A stretch of DNA of 64,000 nt from NCBI GenBank assembly GCA_965235115.1, contig OZ249447.1, positions 9,858,001 through 9,922,000 on the forward strand. Direction: 5' to 3'. The notes beneath the pieces are model-generated. The model made no database searches. It saw nothing but the letters and a program-made list of their open reading frames with translations, and was not told the DNA's origin. Position 1 is the stretch's first letter. Each line of letters starts with the position of its first letter. This document shows, piece after piece, positions 34,138 to 48,220 of the stretch. The stretch comes from Laetmonice hystrix (taxonomy: Eukaryota). The position numbers and the translations under genes are program-made.

Positions 34138-35398
34138 CCCACAAATAGTGACGGTCACCGCCATGGCAACCCTAGAAATAGTAAAGGTCACCGCCATGGT
34201 AACCCCATCAATATAGTGACGGTCATCACCATGGTAACCCCACCAATAGTGACGGTCATCGCACTGGTAACCTCAGAAATAGTGACGGTCACCGCCATGG
34301 TAACCTCATCAATATAGTGACGGTCATCACCATGGTAACGCCACCAATAGCGACGGTCACCGCCATGGTAACGCCACCAATAGCGACGGTCACCGCCATG
34401 GTAACGCCACCAATAGTGACGGTCACCGCCATGGTAACGCCACCAATAGTGACGGTCATCGCCATGGTAACGTTATCAATACTGACGGGCACCGCCATGG
34501 TAACGTTACCAATGGTGACGGTTACCGCCATGGTAACGTTACCAATGGTGACGGTAACCGCCATGGTAACGTTACCAGTAGTGACGGTTACCGCCATGGT
34601 AACGTTATCAATACTGACGGGCACCGCCATGGTAACGTTACCAATGGTGACGGTCACCGCCATGGTAACGTTATCAATACTGACGGGCACCGCCATGGTA
34701 ACGTTACCAATGGTGACGGTTACCGCCATGGTAACGTTACCAATGGTGACGGTAACCGCCATGGTAACGTTACCAGTAGTGACGGTTACCGCCATGGTAA
34801 CGTTATCAATACTGACGGGCACCGCCATGGTAACGTTACCAATGGTGACGGTCACCGCCATGGTAACGTTACCAGTAGTGACGGTCACCGCCATGGTAAC
34901 GTTACCAGTAGTGACGGTCCCCGCCATGGTAACGTTACCAATGGTGACGGTCACCGCCATGGTAACGTTACCAGTAGTGACGGTCCCCGCCATGGTAACG
35001 TTATCAATACTGACGGTCACCGCCATGGTAACGTTACCAATGGTGACGGTCACCGCCATGGTAACGTTACCAGTAGTGACGGTCCCCGCCATGGTAACGT
35101 TACCAATGGTGACGGTCACCGCCATGGTAACGTTACCAGTAGTGACGGTCACCGCCATGGTAACGCCACCAATAGTGACGGTCACCGCCATGGTAACGTT
35201 ATCAATACTGACGGTCACCGCCATGGTAACGTTATCAATACTGACGGTCACCGCCATGGTAACGCCACCAATAGTGACGGTCATCGCCATGGTAACGCCA
35301 CCAATACTGACGGTCACCGCCATGGTAACGTTACCAATGGTGACGGTCCCCGCCATGGTAACGTTACCAGTAGTGACGGTCACTGCCATGGTAACGCT
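34138..35398. repeat. 30-bp quasi-palindromic minisatellite, ~42 copies
   Basis: gtgacggtcaccgccatggtaacgttaccaat(g/a); contains the palindrome GGTAACGTTACC. Confidence 0.96.
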
Positions 35399-36490
35399 AC
35401 CCCGAGCAGGGCTATGATCATTAACTGGCCAGCCGATGAGAGACACATGGAATCGATCAACGTTATCGGGAAGGATTGAAACCAAACGAGCCGAGTCCAC
35501 CGCTCTCCTGACATCCTGCACCAGTCACCGCCGTCTTCCTCCCTGGGAGACTGAGAGTGGTGAGGTAACTTTGTGTCACACCAAACTAAAGGAACCAAAC
35601 CTGGGGGTGTAAACTTTCAAACTGACCACAGGAGGAAAGGCTTCCTGGGTTGTATTGGTTTGACACCAGGTGGCGGTTATGAGTGTTGACGTAAGATGTT
35701 CAAGAATCGTCCCAGTGGGAATGTCCGAACACCTGCGCAGGCAAGCTGTCCTTATCAAGTGACCAATCGTGTCAACGAAACTCCATTCTGTGTTGTTCTG
35801 ATGTGTACGTGAATGCTTCATCTGTCCGTAAACTCTTAAACATGCAATGGTCACTCCATTATCATTCCAAAATTAATAATGAATTATCATACAGAGAGAA
35901 AATATATTTCTCATATATTTTAAAGCATCGTCTTCCCTTTCTATCATTACATGAAGGAAGATTATAGAACCCCATTTTCAACGAAATTAAATGACATTGA
36001 ATCGTAATTTTCAACGAAATTAAATGACATTGAATCGTAATAACAATTTCAAAAGTAAAACCAGCAATCGTTCTTTCTGTTGTGTTGTCCATTATAACGT
36101 TTTCCGGTGGTACTTCCTAGATTCTATAGAAAATGAACATATTATAACCTTGTACATGTACATGCAGCGGGACTGCCAATCTAGACCTCGAAAATTACAT
36201 TTTCTCACGTTTCTAGTGTTTATCAAATGTTTTGTGTAAGCAGACAACATTTTACTCTCTTGAAAACTAACATTGGGGTCTTCCTCTTGACTTTTCAATC
36301 TCCCGTCAAGAATCAACTTTACGTAATTCCTCACAACGTGCTGAGGGACATGACGTCATGTCCCTCAGGACGCGGTGAGGATGTCGACGCTCGAGAGGGT
36401 CATGAAGAGCGCGTGAATAGATTTCCGTGAGCAAACAACAATCCATCCTGAAAACATCTCTATACGTCATGCTGCCATCATCCCGACGTC

Positions 36491-36903
36491 ACACTCGTCA
36501 TGAGAAACCTCCCACCCACATCAGTGTAACACTCGTCATGAGAAACCTCCCACACACATCAGTGTAACACTCGTCATGAGAAACCTCCCACCCACATTAG
36601 TGTAACACTCGTCATGAGAAACCTCCCACCCACATCAGTGTAACACTCGTCATGAGAAACCTCCCACCCACATCAGTGTAACAATCGTCATGAGAAACCT
36701 CCCACCCACATCAGTGTAAAACTCGTCATGAGAAACCTCCCACCCACATCAGTGTAACACTCGTCATGAAAAACCTCCCACCCACATCAGTGTAACACTT
36801 GTCGTGAGAAACCTCCCACCCACATCAGTGTAACAATCGTCATGAGAAACCTCCCACCCACATCAGTGTAACACTCGTCATGAGAAACCTCCCACCCACA
36901 TCA
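36491..36903. repeat. 38-bp minisatellite, ~11 copies
   Basis: cactcgtcatgagaaacctcccacccacatcagtgtaa. Confidence 0.96.
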
Positions 36904-39900
36904 ACACGTCAAAAGACAGTCCGTTAATTTGATTCCACAAGGCGAAATGATGATCAGAGGCAGCCGAACCCCCGCAGGCCGCCAAGTCCTGCCAGTTTGG
37001 ACATGTCCATTCAACGCTCATCCCCGTCTTATATAATCGGAACACATCACGCTAAGTGACAGAATTTAGTTCCGAATCCGCGCCAAATCGAGTTAAAATC
37101 TGCACACTGTGGACGCATAAAAAGTAGAGCAGTACACTCATCCGGACTCGGAGATTTAATCAACGGGCAACGTTTGTGAAGTAAAACCAGCAGCAGTCAA
37201 TAATTTCGCCTACTTGGAATGGTGGCTTGAACCGTTGGTCAGAGAGATTTCTCGGGCCTTGCCTTCCACTGGTCCCCCACCCACACCCTGTTATGATGAA
37301 TGACTTCAAATCGGGCCACATGCCTTGATCCCACTCTGGAATCAAGCTCAAGTACCTAAAGCCGACATGCTCGGAGTACAATTGATAAATACTGTTATCG
37401 GGTGAAGCTGTGCTGGCAGGTCTTTACCCGCCGATTTGAAAGAGGACGGGGAATGTCGGATTGCCTAACGAGGAGTTTAATACTCGTCTTATTGGGGTCA
37501 CGTGAGACTACACCAGCCTGGTTCTCAGTCAGAGCAGCCAGGTTATGGTGAGCAGCAGGCAGCCTGCACATATATCATCTCTGAGTCGGTTTACATGACC
37601 GCTGTACACATTACTCACATATGTCTCAATCAATTATACCCTAACCCCCCACCCCCACCGGCCGAGATTGATCGAGAGAGAACCCCTCCTGACCCCAATC
37701 CACAAATCCCATTATCGTTACCCCCCCTCCCTCCAACAGACGCTGCCCTAATAACAGTTGGTGCATTAGAGAACCTGGACAAACATATAAACCAGAAGGT
37801 GATTTCCACTCAATGTAATTCTGTAACGGAAATGGTCTTCTTTTAGTTTCCTGCCCTAATGTACTGTTCTCCTTCCTTTAACACGTTAGAGGTTTCCTAA
37901 CTTACTGTGTCACTAAGTCAGTCTCCATACGCAGTTATTTTACATGGTAATGGATGATTTGGCCGGCAGAGAAAACTCCATCGCCAACATAAAGAGGATC
38001 CTTACCTAAAATGAATATCCAGTTAACCCGAATGTCTCTGAACCCCTTTCCTTTCCCCGTATAAAGAAATCCCCAGAGAATAACTAGGTTGGTCCGGTGG
38101 GGGCGGGGATGTTTGTGGAAAGGTAGGTTTAATGTGGGCTCCGATCTGCACCGATTGCGGGCTACATTATAAATATGCATGCCATCACGGTCGAATCAGT
38201 CGGTACAGATCGCAAGTCTCTGTGATGGAAAAGCCTCCCAAATATGATTAGTAAGTGCAGTTCAGATTGGGCACCCCCGAGGCTACGCCACTGATCCGAT
38301 TTCTTCTGTGCATGCCTAGATGGCTAACTTGTAAGAAACTGCTGCCCCGCCTAATTTCTTTCTGCTATACCATTTCCTAGACAATCCGGGGGACTTCCTG
38401 CAGATTATGGAACAAAGTCTAGGGGAACATGTGGACGGAATAATATGATCGTGTCCCCGGCTTTAGGACCGCGTCCCCTTTCATTAGGATCTGTCCCTTC
38501 ATAAAACATAAATTTTATCACAGCCACTTGGATCAGGTGCGCGCTAAAAGGATTTGGGAGAACGGCGAATTTTCAGATCTGGCTGCGTGACACGGTCTCG
38601 CTTCAAACGGGCAATCTCCCGACGACGACGGCGCCCCTAGCGGTCAGTGTCAGACATGTCTGGCGTGGTGTTGGTCAACACATGCGCCGTGACGACAACC
38701 ACCACTGACCACTCTAGGCCACTCGTCCTCTACTTCTGATTAATCCTACAACTTTACTTCTATATTTTCATTTTTTTTGTTTGAAACAGTTCAACAGTAT
38801 AAACTTCCCGATTCAATAAGAAGTGAAGCAGCACTCTGTTGACCGACAGTCTGAGATCATGGAATCAGAAACCCGCCAAAAGATGTTTAGCAGGTCCTCA
38901 AATCGTACAACCTAACACGGTTGACGAGTGCGTGGGTGGAGGACGCATGGCAACAGGTGGAGAGAAATCTCGACAACAACACATTTCATTCTACTCCTCC
39001 CACTCCTCCTTCCGTGTTCGGATCCTCAATAAGTCTGCCCCGTCTGATGTTTTGGCTCCATGAGGGCCATTAGATCTCAGCAACCCTTTGAAGACACTAA
39101 GGACATGTCTTCTAGAACCGTAGAAGACTTCACCCTGCATCAACTACGGGTAATTTGCGAGCCTGCAAGCCTGACACCAATAGATCCCACGTATAGGGCA
39201 CCTAGGTGAGAAACAAAAAGCCACAGATGAGATACAGATGATTTTATCAACCCTCATATTTACGTTAACATTACTTTACAAACTCCAGACATGTACGAAC
39301 TAGGCTGACAGAACCAGTGTACGGACGTCCTACAACACCCCTCAGTGGGAGTCTATGGACGTGTGACGAGTAGGGTGACTCAGCACATTTTGTACGGACG
39401 CCCACCTTGTATTACTCACGTTATTGGCCTTGGTTAGAGTTCAGTAACAGAGGATGCCAAGGTACGTGCACGATACACAGAGAATAATGACTAAATCAAT
39501 ACCTCTCATGTCCTTACTATACCTGCAATACTCTTCTCACGTGTCTCTATACCCATAAATAACAGTCGGTATTAGGATTACTATAGGCTCTTGCTCTATA
39601 CTACAACAAGGGAGTTAACTTCCAGTTTGTTTAAACTTCTTTATTTTATTTAATGCCTATCGCCCCAAGGTGCTCCAGAATACGATCTCGCACATTGCGA
39701 TTCTAGCCTCCGAGTTGGTCATTTAGACAAGTCGGAAATTATCATCAGAATATTCAGGAATCTAATCTACACGGTTTATCGTTATCCTGTGATCCGACAC
39801 ATCGAACCATTCCGTATGCTTTCTTCCGGGTCCTAAGTTTTGTAAACACCCACGCAGGTAACTTTACTATACATGTAGTCTGTGGTGGATTTGTAATTAT

Positions 39901-39962
39901 GAGTAAAAAAGTGACTTCTGTGGATTACAAGTAACTTGTCTGAAGGTTCATGGGAGGTACTT

Positions 39963-40292
39963 TAGTAGACCCCACAACCAACCAGTGCACAGGAGTAGAC
40001 CCCACAACCAACCAGTGCACAGAAGTAGACCCCACAACCAACCAGTGACAGGAGTAGACCCCACAACCAACCAGTGCACAGGAGTAGACCCCACAACCAA
40101 CCAGTGCACAGGAGTAGACCCCACAACCAACCAGTGCACAGGAGTAGATCCCACAACCAACCAGTGACAGGAGTAGACCCCACAACCAACCAGTGCACAG
40201 GAGTAGACCCCACAACCAACCAGTGCACAGGAGTAGACCCCACAACCAACCAGTGCACAGGAGTAGACCCCACAACCAACCAGTGCACAGGA
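39963..40292. repeat. 30/29-bp minisatellite, ~11 copies
   Basis: gtagaccccacaaccaaccagtgcacagga. Confidence 0.96.
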
Positions 40293-42479
40293 GAAGTACA
40301 AAAACCCCGATCGGAACACAAACAGGAAGTTGTTGGCAGAGTGGGCGCGAGCAGACCGCCTTAAAAGTGTCAACAAGAGACATAAATCATTCTGTGAACC
40401 TTACATTCAGAGCTCCACCCTGCCAGCCGGCCGGGAACTTCCTGTCTGTGGTGGCAACATATTTCAGTATTCTTCATCTTACTGCTTCCCTTCACCCATG
40501 CTTGATGTGTCGGGTAAAATATAGCTGTGTATAATTTACAATGAAGTATGTATATCGCAATACTTGCAGCAATAATTCTAATATTCGTATATCTGTTGTG
40601 AATCCACACAAAAGGCATAGTATAACAAATGTAGTCTGTCAAATGTCACGAATGCTCAAGCAATAAAACTAAGTACTATCAAAAACTGTCCATTTATGTT
40701 AATGACTGCCACTTTGAGCTAAGGCTTTTGTTAACGTGTAGAGTCATGTAACAAAAAAAAACCATACTCCGAAAAATGTTTGGGTAAGATTTTAAGAAGT
40801 GACATAGAAAAAGGCATTCATGCAATAGAGGCAGTCATGCTACATTCACTTAAGTTTTGTTAAACCCTTAGCAGATTCTGGTAATGAGGAAGTGGAATTA
40901 CAAGCCTAAGTAATAAAAATGTCTACAAATAGGATTTGAAAGAATCGTAATAAGATAATCAACGGGAGATTATCGAACATAGGCGAGTCTTATTTTACCC
41001 GTACCCCGATGGACAATGAGAATTGTTCCAGGTTGAAATAGGACATGTTCCAGACTTACTCTAGAATTTGAGCTGGATTAAAACCATGGATTAGAGAGCC
41101 CAACCATGGTCTGCACTGAGCAGTCCAATCAATCTCTATGCTTTTCTAAAAACGTTTAAAATCAATGCATTTTACGCAGCAGTGTCTTCCAGACATTCTT
41201 TGGTGGATTATATATGAAGCATCAGATGCATGAAATCAGAGTAAATCTTAGTTTGGATGTGGACGTGAAATCTTGAATTCATTTTCTATGGATGCCCCAC
41301 TTCTGACTGGATAAATAGAACTTTTTCTGTCCACATACTCCTGAGTTTCATGTTCGACTTTTTACCCTTTAAAAAATTCTAATAGCAAATATAAAGCCGG
41401 ATATTGATTGATGACATTCATCACTGTGACAATAATCCCTGAGACGTGTACCACTGCCGGCGGTACAAACGCCTTCAATCAACTTAGATTTTACATTATT
41501 TAAAATTATATAGAGCATTAGAGAGGGGAAAAAACTCAGTGGTAAACAAAGCGAGTGCAGTAGCTGTTAAGCTTGCCGCTGTGAGCTGATGGCTAAAGCT
41601 GCTGATGTTGGGCCTCATGTAATAATCCTGCCCCTGGTGGTGGGTGTGTAGGCAGTGGGTGCTGCTCATGTTGGGCGTCAAGTTTTAATCCTCTCCCTAG
41701 CGGTGGGTGTGTAGGCAGTGGGTGAGTAATCAATATGTCTTAGGAATCCAGCTTTCTTCATTTCTACTCCCCTGTACTCCGTCTCGGCCCGAGTAAAGCT
41801 TAATCTGCCTGCTACCTGCGGCAAGGCACCAATTTCCTCTACTACTATCTCCTCCAGGCGCGATGCCTTGTGTTTCCTTCACAGGTGATGTGAAAAGAGC
41901 AAATGTAAATTACATCAGCAGTTTAATGTCTTAAGGCGCCGCACCACCCAGTTTACCATGCCTCAATGTACTCTAGACCTTAGATCACATGAGCAATTCC
42001 TCTTCAGTCTCAAAGACATAACTACGGTTATATTTATCACGCTGTCACAATTCACGTTCTAAATCCCCGCGGATTTCAAAGACGCTATTGAGCAAACAAA
42101 TGATGGTAGTTGACATTGACGGACAGCTGGTGACCTTGGCCGTGATGTTATCAGCCAGCTGTTTATGATGGTCTTTAGCTTACATGTAGGGAGGCGTGAC
42201 AATGATTACCTTGAGGACAACTGCCGCCTGGAGATAGGCAGTCCAGGCGACCTCAGCTCACACCATGGCCAGTCTATGCTGACGTTATCCCTGCCCTCTA
42301 TCTCTCCTTGATGGCCTGCTTCTGAATCAAAGGTCAAACCAGCTTCAAATCTATCTCTGCTGGTCATCGGGGTCCCCCTGGGCCACTACAGGAGCCTGGA
42401 GTGACCTGGGGTCAGTGGCATGGAATCTGTGGCACTAACTCGGGCCGAGTCGGGGCCCTGTGTGGTCGTACTGGCGGAA

Positions 42480-43790
42480 GGTCCCGGGTTGGGTGTACTG
42501 GCGGAGGGGTAGCGGTCCCGGGGTGGGTGTACTGGCGGAGGGGTAGAGGTCCCCGGGGTCGGTGTACGGGCAGAGGGCCTAGCGGTCCCGGGGTGGGTGT
42601 ACTGGCGGAGGGGTGGCGGTCCCGGGGTGGGTGTACGGGCGGAGTGGGGTGGGTCCCGGGGTGGGTGTACGGGCGGAGGGCCTGGCGGTCCCGGGGTGGG
42701 TGTACGGGCGGAGGGGTAGCGGTCCCGGGGTGGGTGTACTGGCGGAGGGGTAGCGGTCCCGGGGTGGGTGTACTGGCAGAGGGGTAGCGGTCCCGGGGTG
42801 GGTGTACGGGCGGAGGGGTAGCGGTCCCCGGGTGGGTGTACTGGCAGAGGGGTAGCGGTCCCGGGGTGGGTGTACGGGCGGAGGGGTAGCGGTCCCCGGG
42901 TGGGTGTACTGGCGGAGGGGTAGCGGTCCCGGGATGAGTGTACTGGCGGAGGGGTAGCGGTCCCGGGGTGGGTGTACGGGCGGAGGGGTAGCGGTCCCGG
43001 GGTGAGTGTACTGGCGGAGGGGTAGCGGTCCCCGGGTGGGTGTACTGGCGGAGGGGTAGCGGTCCCGGGGTGGGTGTACTGGCAGAGGGGTAGCGGTCCC
43101 GGGTGGGTGTACGGGCAGAAGGCCTAGCGGTCCCGGGGTGGGTGTACTGGCGGAGGGGTAGCGGTCCCGGGGTGGGTGTACGGGCGGAGGGCCTGGCGGT
43201 CCCGGGGTGGGTGTACGGGCGGAGGGCCTAGCGGTCCCGGGGTGGGTGTACGGGCAGAGGGCCTGGCGGTCCCGGGGTGAGTGTACTGGCGGAGGGCTAG
43301 CGGTCCCGGGGTGGGTGTACGGACGGAGGGATAGCGGTCCCGGGGTGGGTGTACGGGCGGAGGGGTGGCGGTCCCGGGGTGGGTGTACTGGCGGAGGGGT
43401 AGCGGTCCCGGGGTGGGTGTACGGGCAGAGGGCCTGGCGGTCCCGGGGTGGGTGTACGGGCGGAGGGGTGGCGGTCCCGGGGTGGGTGTACTGGCGGAGG
43501 GGTAGCGGTCCCGGGGTGGGTGTACGGGCAGAGGGCCTGGCGGTCCCGGGGTGGGTGTACTGGCGGAGGGCCTGGCGGGTGTACGGGCGGAGGGCCTGGC
43601 GGTCCCGGGGTGGGTGTACGGGCAGAGGGCCTGGCGGTCCCGGGGTGGGTGTACTGGCGGAGGGCCTGGTGGGTGTACGGGCGGAGGGCCTGGCGGTCCC
43701 GGGGGGGGGGGGGTGTACGGGCGGGGGGGGGGATAGCGGTGCCGGGGTGGGTGTAGGGACGGAGGGCTAGCGGTCCCGGGGTGGGTGTCC
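42480..43790. repeat. 34-bp G-rich minisatellite, ~38 copies
   Basis: ggcggaggggtagcggtcccggggtgggtgtact. Confidence 0.96.
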
Positions 43791-46254
43791 AGACGGAGGG
43801 CTGGCCTTAGGGCCGGGATGGAGGGTGGGCCGAGGGCCGGAGGGTCGGTACGGAGGGGTGGCCGACCGGCCTGTGGTGGCGGTGCAGGGACACAATCCCA
43901 TACCGCCCGGGTGATCGGCCACGGTCGGCCGACTCCGGACAATGCTCTGTGAACGACTCACAAATTCACGGCAACATTAAGATTCACGCCGAGATAAATG
44001 TCTAAAACATCATCGATCTGGAACCTTCCATTACACCCCCGCCCCGCCTCCCCCCTCGGGCCTCACTCCAGGTTATACTATAGATGAAATCTCACACGTC
44101 GCTTACCTTCAGCAAAACCTAATTAACTATACCATCAAGTCTCCCTTTATCTATCGGCTGTGAAAGCAACCTTTCCTTAAACACTTTTCAGTGGTGGTAA
44201 ACTATGCCAAGGCGTGTCGATGAAATCGGTTTCACTATCTATGGCACTCAAGGCGGGATGTTCATGATGAATCTTTACAAATCACCCTGAACCCCTCTTG
44301 AAATACAAGGGCTTTTATTTTACCAAACAGCCATAATCGGTCATCCTTTAGGGCAAACAACTTCTGTCTATTCAAAGAACGTAAATAGTAATCATAATGT
44401 TCTTATAGATCAAGTTTTCCATTCACGCGGAAATCATGCTACATTAAATTCCGACGGTTGTTTGTTTGACAGGAAGGAAGCCTCGGTTACTTCCGCCCAT
44501 TCTTTCTTCTAGATTCATCCAAACACAACGACTGATTTCAGTCTGCAGCAAATATCCGACTGCCAACATTATGATCCTGAACACTGTGGCCTGTACGCCG
44601 GACCCTTGGTCTCACTGATATTACCACAAATAGATCTTAGTTTATCAATGAATTCCTCGTCTTACGGAAATTCGGGCCAGTCCCAGCGAAAATCACGCCT
44701 TGCAGGGCCCGCGCTCCAAATGAGGCTGGCAAAAACCAGATTTGGACAAATCAAAACGGTCTCCAAATTGTATTTCCTGCCCAATTCCATCATCTGGCAG
44801 CTGGAAGTCATGGCCAATACTCCGGGCTACCGTGTCACAGTTAAAACAGCAACAGACATTGAAACAACCCATATTGCTAGCTGGCGCTGGGCCAGGCCAC
44901 TCCAGCATCCACAAACACCAGGACGTTATTGAATTCCGTGAAAATATCGCTCCTCTACAGCTCCCCTGGCACTGGCCGCTTGCTGGCTTTATGTGGCTGA
45001 GTTACAGCCTCGTTTTCAACCATGATTCACACTGTACAGGTGGCGTTAGTTGACCATTCACGCCAACCGTCGGTCCCAGTGTCCGCCAACCGTCAGTCCC
45101 AGTGTCGGTCTGACTTTGAAAGCGTCCATTCTGAAGCCACATGGATCACCGTCTGTGAGTGTTTCAATGGGACCCGAGACCCTCTGACACCCAGTCGGCA
45201 CTTACCTGTCATTACAGATTCTTACTGGATGTTTTACGGGACCCGTTAGTCGGCAAAGATCGAACATGTCACTTTCAAGTGCTACATGATCTGAATTTAA
45301 ATCGAGCTGCGGATCTTATCGAGGGTGCTCTAGCTGGGCAAGTGAACGCTGGAAGGATCAAAGGCAGGGCTCCTACCCCTCGTGACGGCAACCTTTCTCC
45401 CAAAATAACTACCTTTACAGGGTGACAACTCGCAGATAATGACCCCAATACACACCAGGGAATCCTTTAACTATCTGCCTGGTCCTTGTCGCTGTGAGCA
45501 GATCATATAGTACGGACTGTAGGCGTACGTAGTATTGGAATCTTTCCTGACCATGAATAGACAGTGTAGTCTCTTCTGACTGCAAGTATGTGTCTTCCGA
45601 TTGCTAGTATGTCTTCTGACTTCCACTGTAGCTCTTCTAATCTTCTCTGACAACTACTATAATTATCTCCTCTGAGTGTTATATATCTAATATGACTTAA
45701 TACCCGATAGAAAACATGACAGTTACAACGACTAGTGTCATGCAACCCACCCGCTCCCCGCCAGAGATTTTCAGAAGACATCTGAGACAAATGACACACT
45801 TGTGCCAGGTCAAGCCAACGCAAGAGAAGCCATGCCGATCGGCAACAGGCCCTTGACGTGCTCTGAGCGGGCCTTCAGTAGCCCCTGTGTCCCATCCATA
45901 CCGCCTTATCCCAACACTGCGGGTAGTCACCGGCCAGCAGCTCGGGGACACGGTGAACAAGATAAGATGCCGACTTCCCCCGACCCGACATTAGTAATGA
46001 TTACTTGGGGAGACATTCACATGATTTACAATGGCAATGATTTACTTCTTGTGCCACATGTCTGCTCAAAGGATTCCTTACTAATTCCCCAATTACTGCA
46101 AATACATTCCGAATCTTCCACAGCATTCATATGAAGCTGTGCGAGTCGTGAAGGCCAACCCTATTTTACAGACACAGGTGCCGGTTTTATAGTGGAGATA
46201 TATGGCCCTTTAACTAATGTTTTTGAAAAAAAAATGCTAGAAACAAAGCGGCCG

Positions 46255-46952
46255 ACTCGTATTGTCGTGTAACTAGGTTAAAGGTTACATCTCGGTTCGT
46301 ATTGTCGTGTAACTAGGTTAAAGGTTACAGCTCGGTTCTTATTGTGGTGTAACTAGGTTAAAGGTTACATCTCGGTTCTTATTGTCGTGTAACTAGGTTA
46401 AAGGTTACATCTCAGTTCTTATTGTCGTGTAACTAGGTTAAAGGTTACATCTCGGTTCTTATTGTCGTGTAACTAGGTTAAAGGTTACATCTCAGTTCTT
46501 ATTGTCGTGTAACTAAGTTAAAGGTTACAACTCAGTTCTTATTGTCGTGTAACTAGGTTAAAGGTTACAGCCTGGTTCGTATTGTCGTGTAACTAGGTTA
46601 AAGGTTACATCTCGGTTCTTATTGTCGTGGTGTAACTAGGTTAAAGGTTACATCTCGGTTCTTATTGTCGTCGTGTAACTAGGTTAAAGGTTACATCTCG
46701 GTTCTTATTGTCGTGTAACTAGGTTTAAGGTTACATCTCGGTTCGTATTGTCGTGTAACTAGGTTAAAGGTTACAGCTCAGTTCTTATTGTCATGTAACT
46801 AGGTTAAAGGTTACAGCTCAGTTCTTATTGTCGTGTAACTAGGTTAAAGGTTACAGCCTGGTTCGTATTGTCGTGTAACTAGGTTAAAGGTTACAGCCTG
46901 GTTCGTATTGTCGTGTAACTAGGTTAAAGGTTACAGCTCAGTTCTTATTGTC
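46255..46952. repeat. 40-bp minisatellite, ~17 copies
   Basis: tcggttcttattgtcgtgtaactaggttaaaggttacatc; internal tgtaac/gttaca inverted pair. Confidence 0.96.
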
Positions 46953-48220
46953 CCCGAGATAGAATTAGGGGCACGTGGTTACAGCGTCCGCCCCTAAAAA
47001 ATGCCGCCCGGTCGGCAAGTGCGGTTCACATGACAACTTTTGTTTCACGCGCCATTGTTGAAGCTAACATCTCACAAAATGATCCACAAATGAGATGATT
47101 AACACCAACACCCATTCTCAATCAAACCGCTTCATTAGATTATCCCGGCCAAATGTTCTCTCGCTCGCAGGCGGTTTGCAGTAAATGGCCCAAAAACTGG
47201 TGACCTCATTTACTGACCTAATTATGTGATCATTCACCTGTCAGTGTCCGTGCCAACAGCTTGCTAAACGTTATCTAGTCTGTGACTTCACACAGTTCAC
47301 CCCAGGCGGGTGGTGGGGTAGGGGCACACTTCAAGGCCAAACATTCAAAATTTAAGAATTTCTCCTTCAATGAAAACATATTTCATATTTTGCCTCACTG
47401 CATCTGTTATGTACAATGTATATTAAGCTAGTTTTGAAATACGCCTGCATCATGCTATCAATAGAGTTGCACCTAATACTCTATAAACTGTAAAAATAGC
47501 ATTGAATTTTAAGAGGTGTTAGAGACAATTCTTCTTAAGGTATGAACTATTGTATTCAGCATCAGGGTGCATGTTTGAAGAAATCATTTACCTCTGTTGT
47601 AAGAAAAGAAAACGTTTATTGTCACAAAGACCTTTTTTCTCGTACACTTCTACTGGATTAATGTAATCGTAACACTAAGGTGTGAACTTAATGCCATATA
47701 CAGACCTTAAAAATCCATCTTCTCTATGCCACATCTTAGTTAATGTACCTCAGCATAATTAGAAAAAAATATCTAATTATAACCTAAGGGACCAGGGCGC
47801 TTTCTCACTCCGAACATCAAAGTACCACTCCTCGAGGGCACATTAACCCCATCCCACGCCAGGGTTTTATACATAAATTACACTTTAATTTTCCACTACT
47901 TTTAATTGAATTACCAGACATGAGTCATATTGGTTGGTAATGAGAGGTCTCCGTGAGTTGCGTTGATAACAGTTGGCAGTAATTTGTCACCGATCTGTCC
48001 TTGAGCCAGTCAAGGAGTACCATTACCCCAGTCGGTATTACCCCGCCTCGCAAGTAATCAGCATCCACAGTTTGAGTGAAACTTATTTTGGCCGGTGGAA
48101 TGATCGATGGTAATAAGGGTTGCTGTCAGAGTCAATCAGTAAACCTCTAAATCCAACCTTCAATACCTGTACCTCAAATTACAACACAGACAATTCATTA
48201 CGTGTCGTATTCTGGTCGTC

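Noticed and set aside
34289-35521. 410-aa and 366-aa ORFs on opposite strands (MAVTVTIGNVT / MVTLPVVTVTA repeats)
   Set aside because: Produced by a stop-free 30-bp unit; no splice context or unique domain; open on both strands.
41270-41310. tgaattcattttctatggatgcccc resembling the DEFHFLLECP C-terminal motif of L2/CR1-clade ORF2
   Set aside because: Needs several indels, and I could not recover the upstream NHxLxIExGR / CxxC motifs.
42401-43961. Pro-rich / Gly-rich ORFs up to 272 aa
   Set aside because: Artefact of the G-rich 34-bp array.
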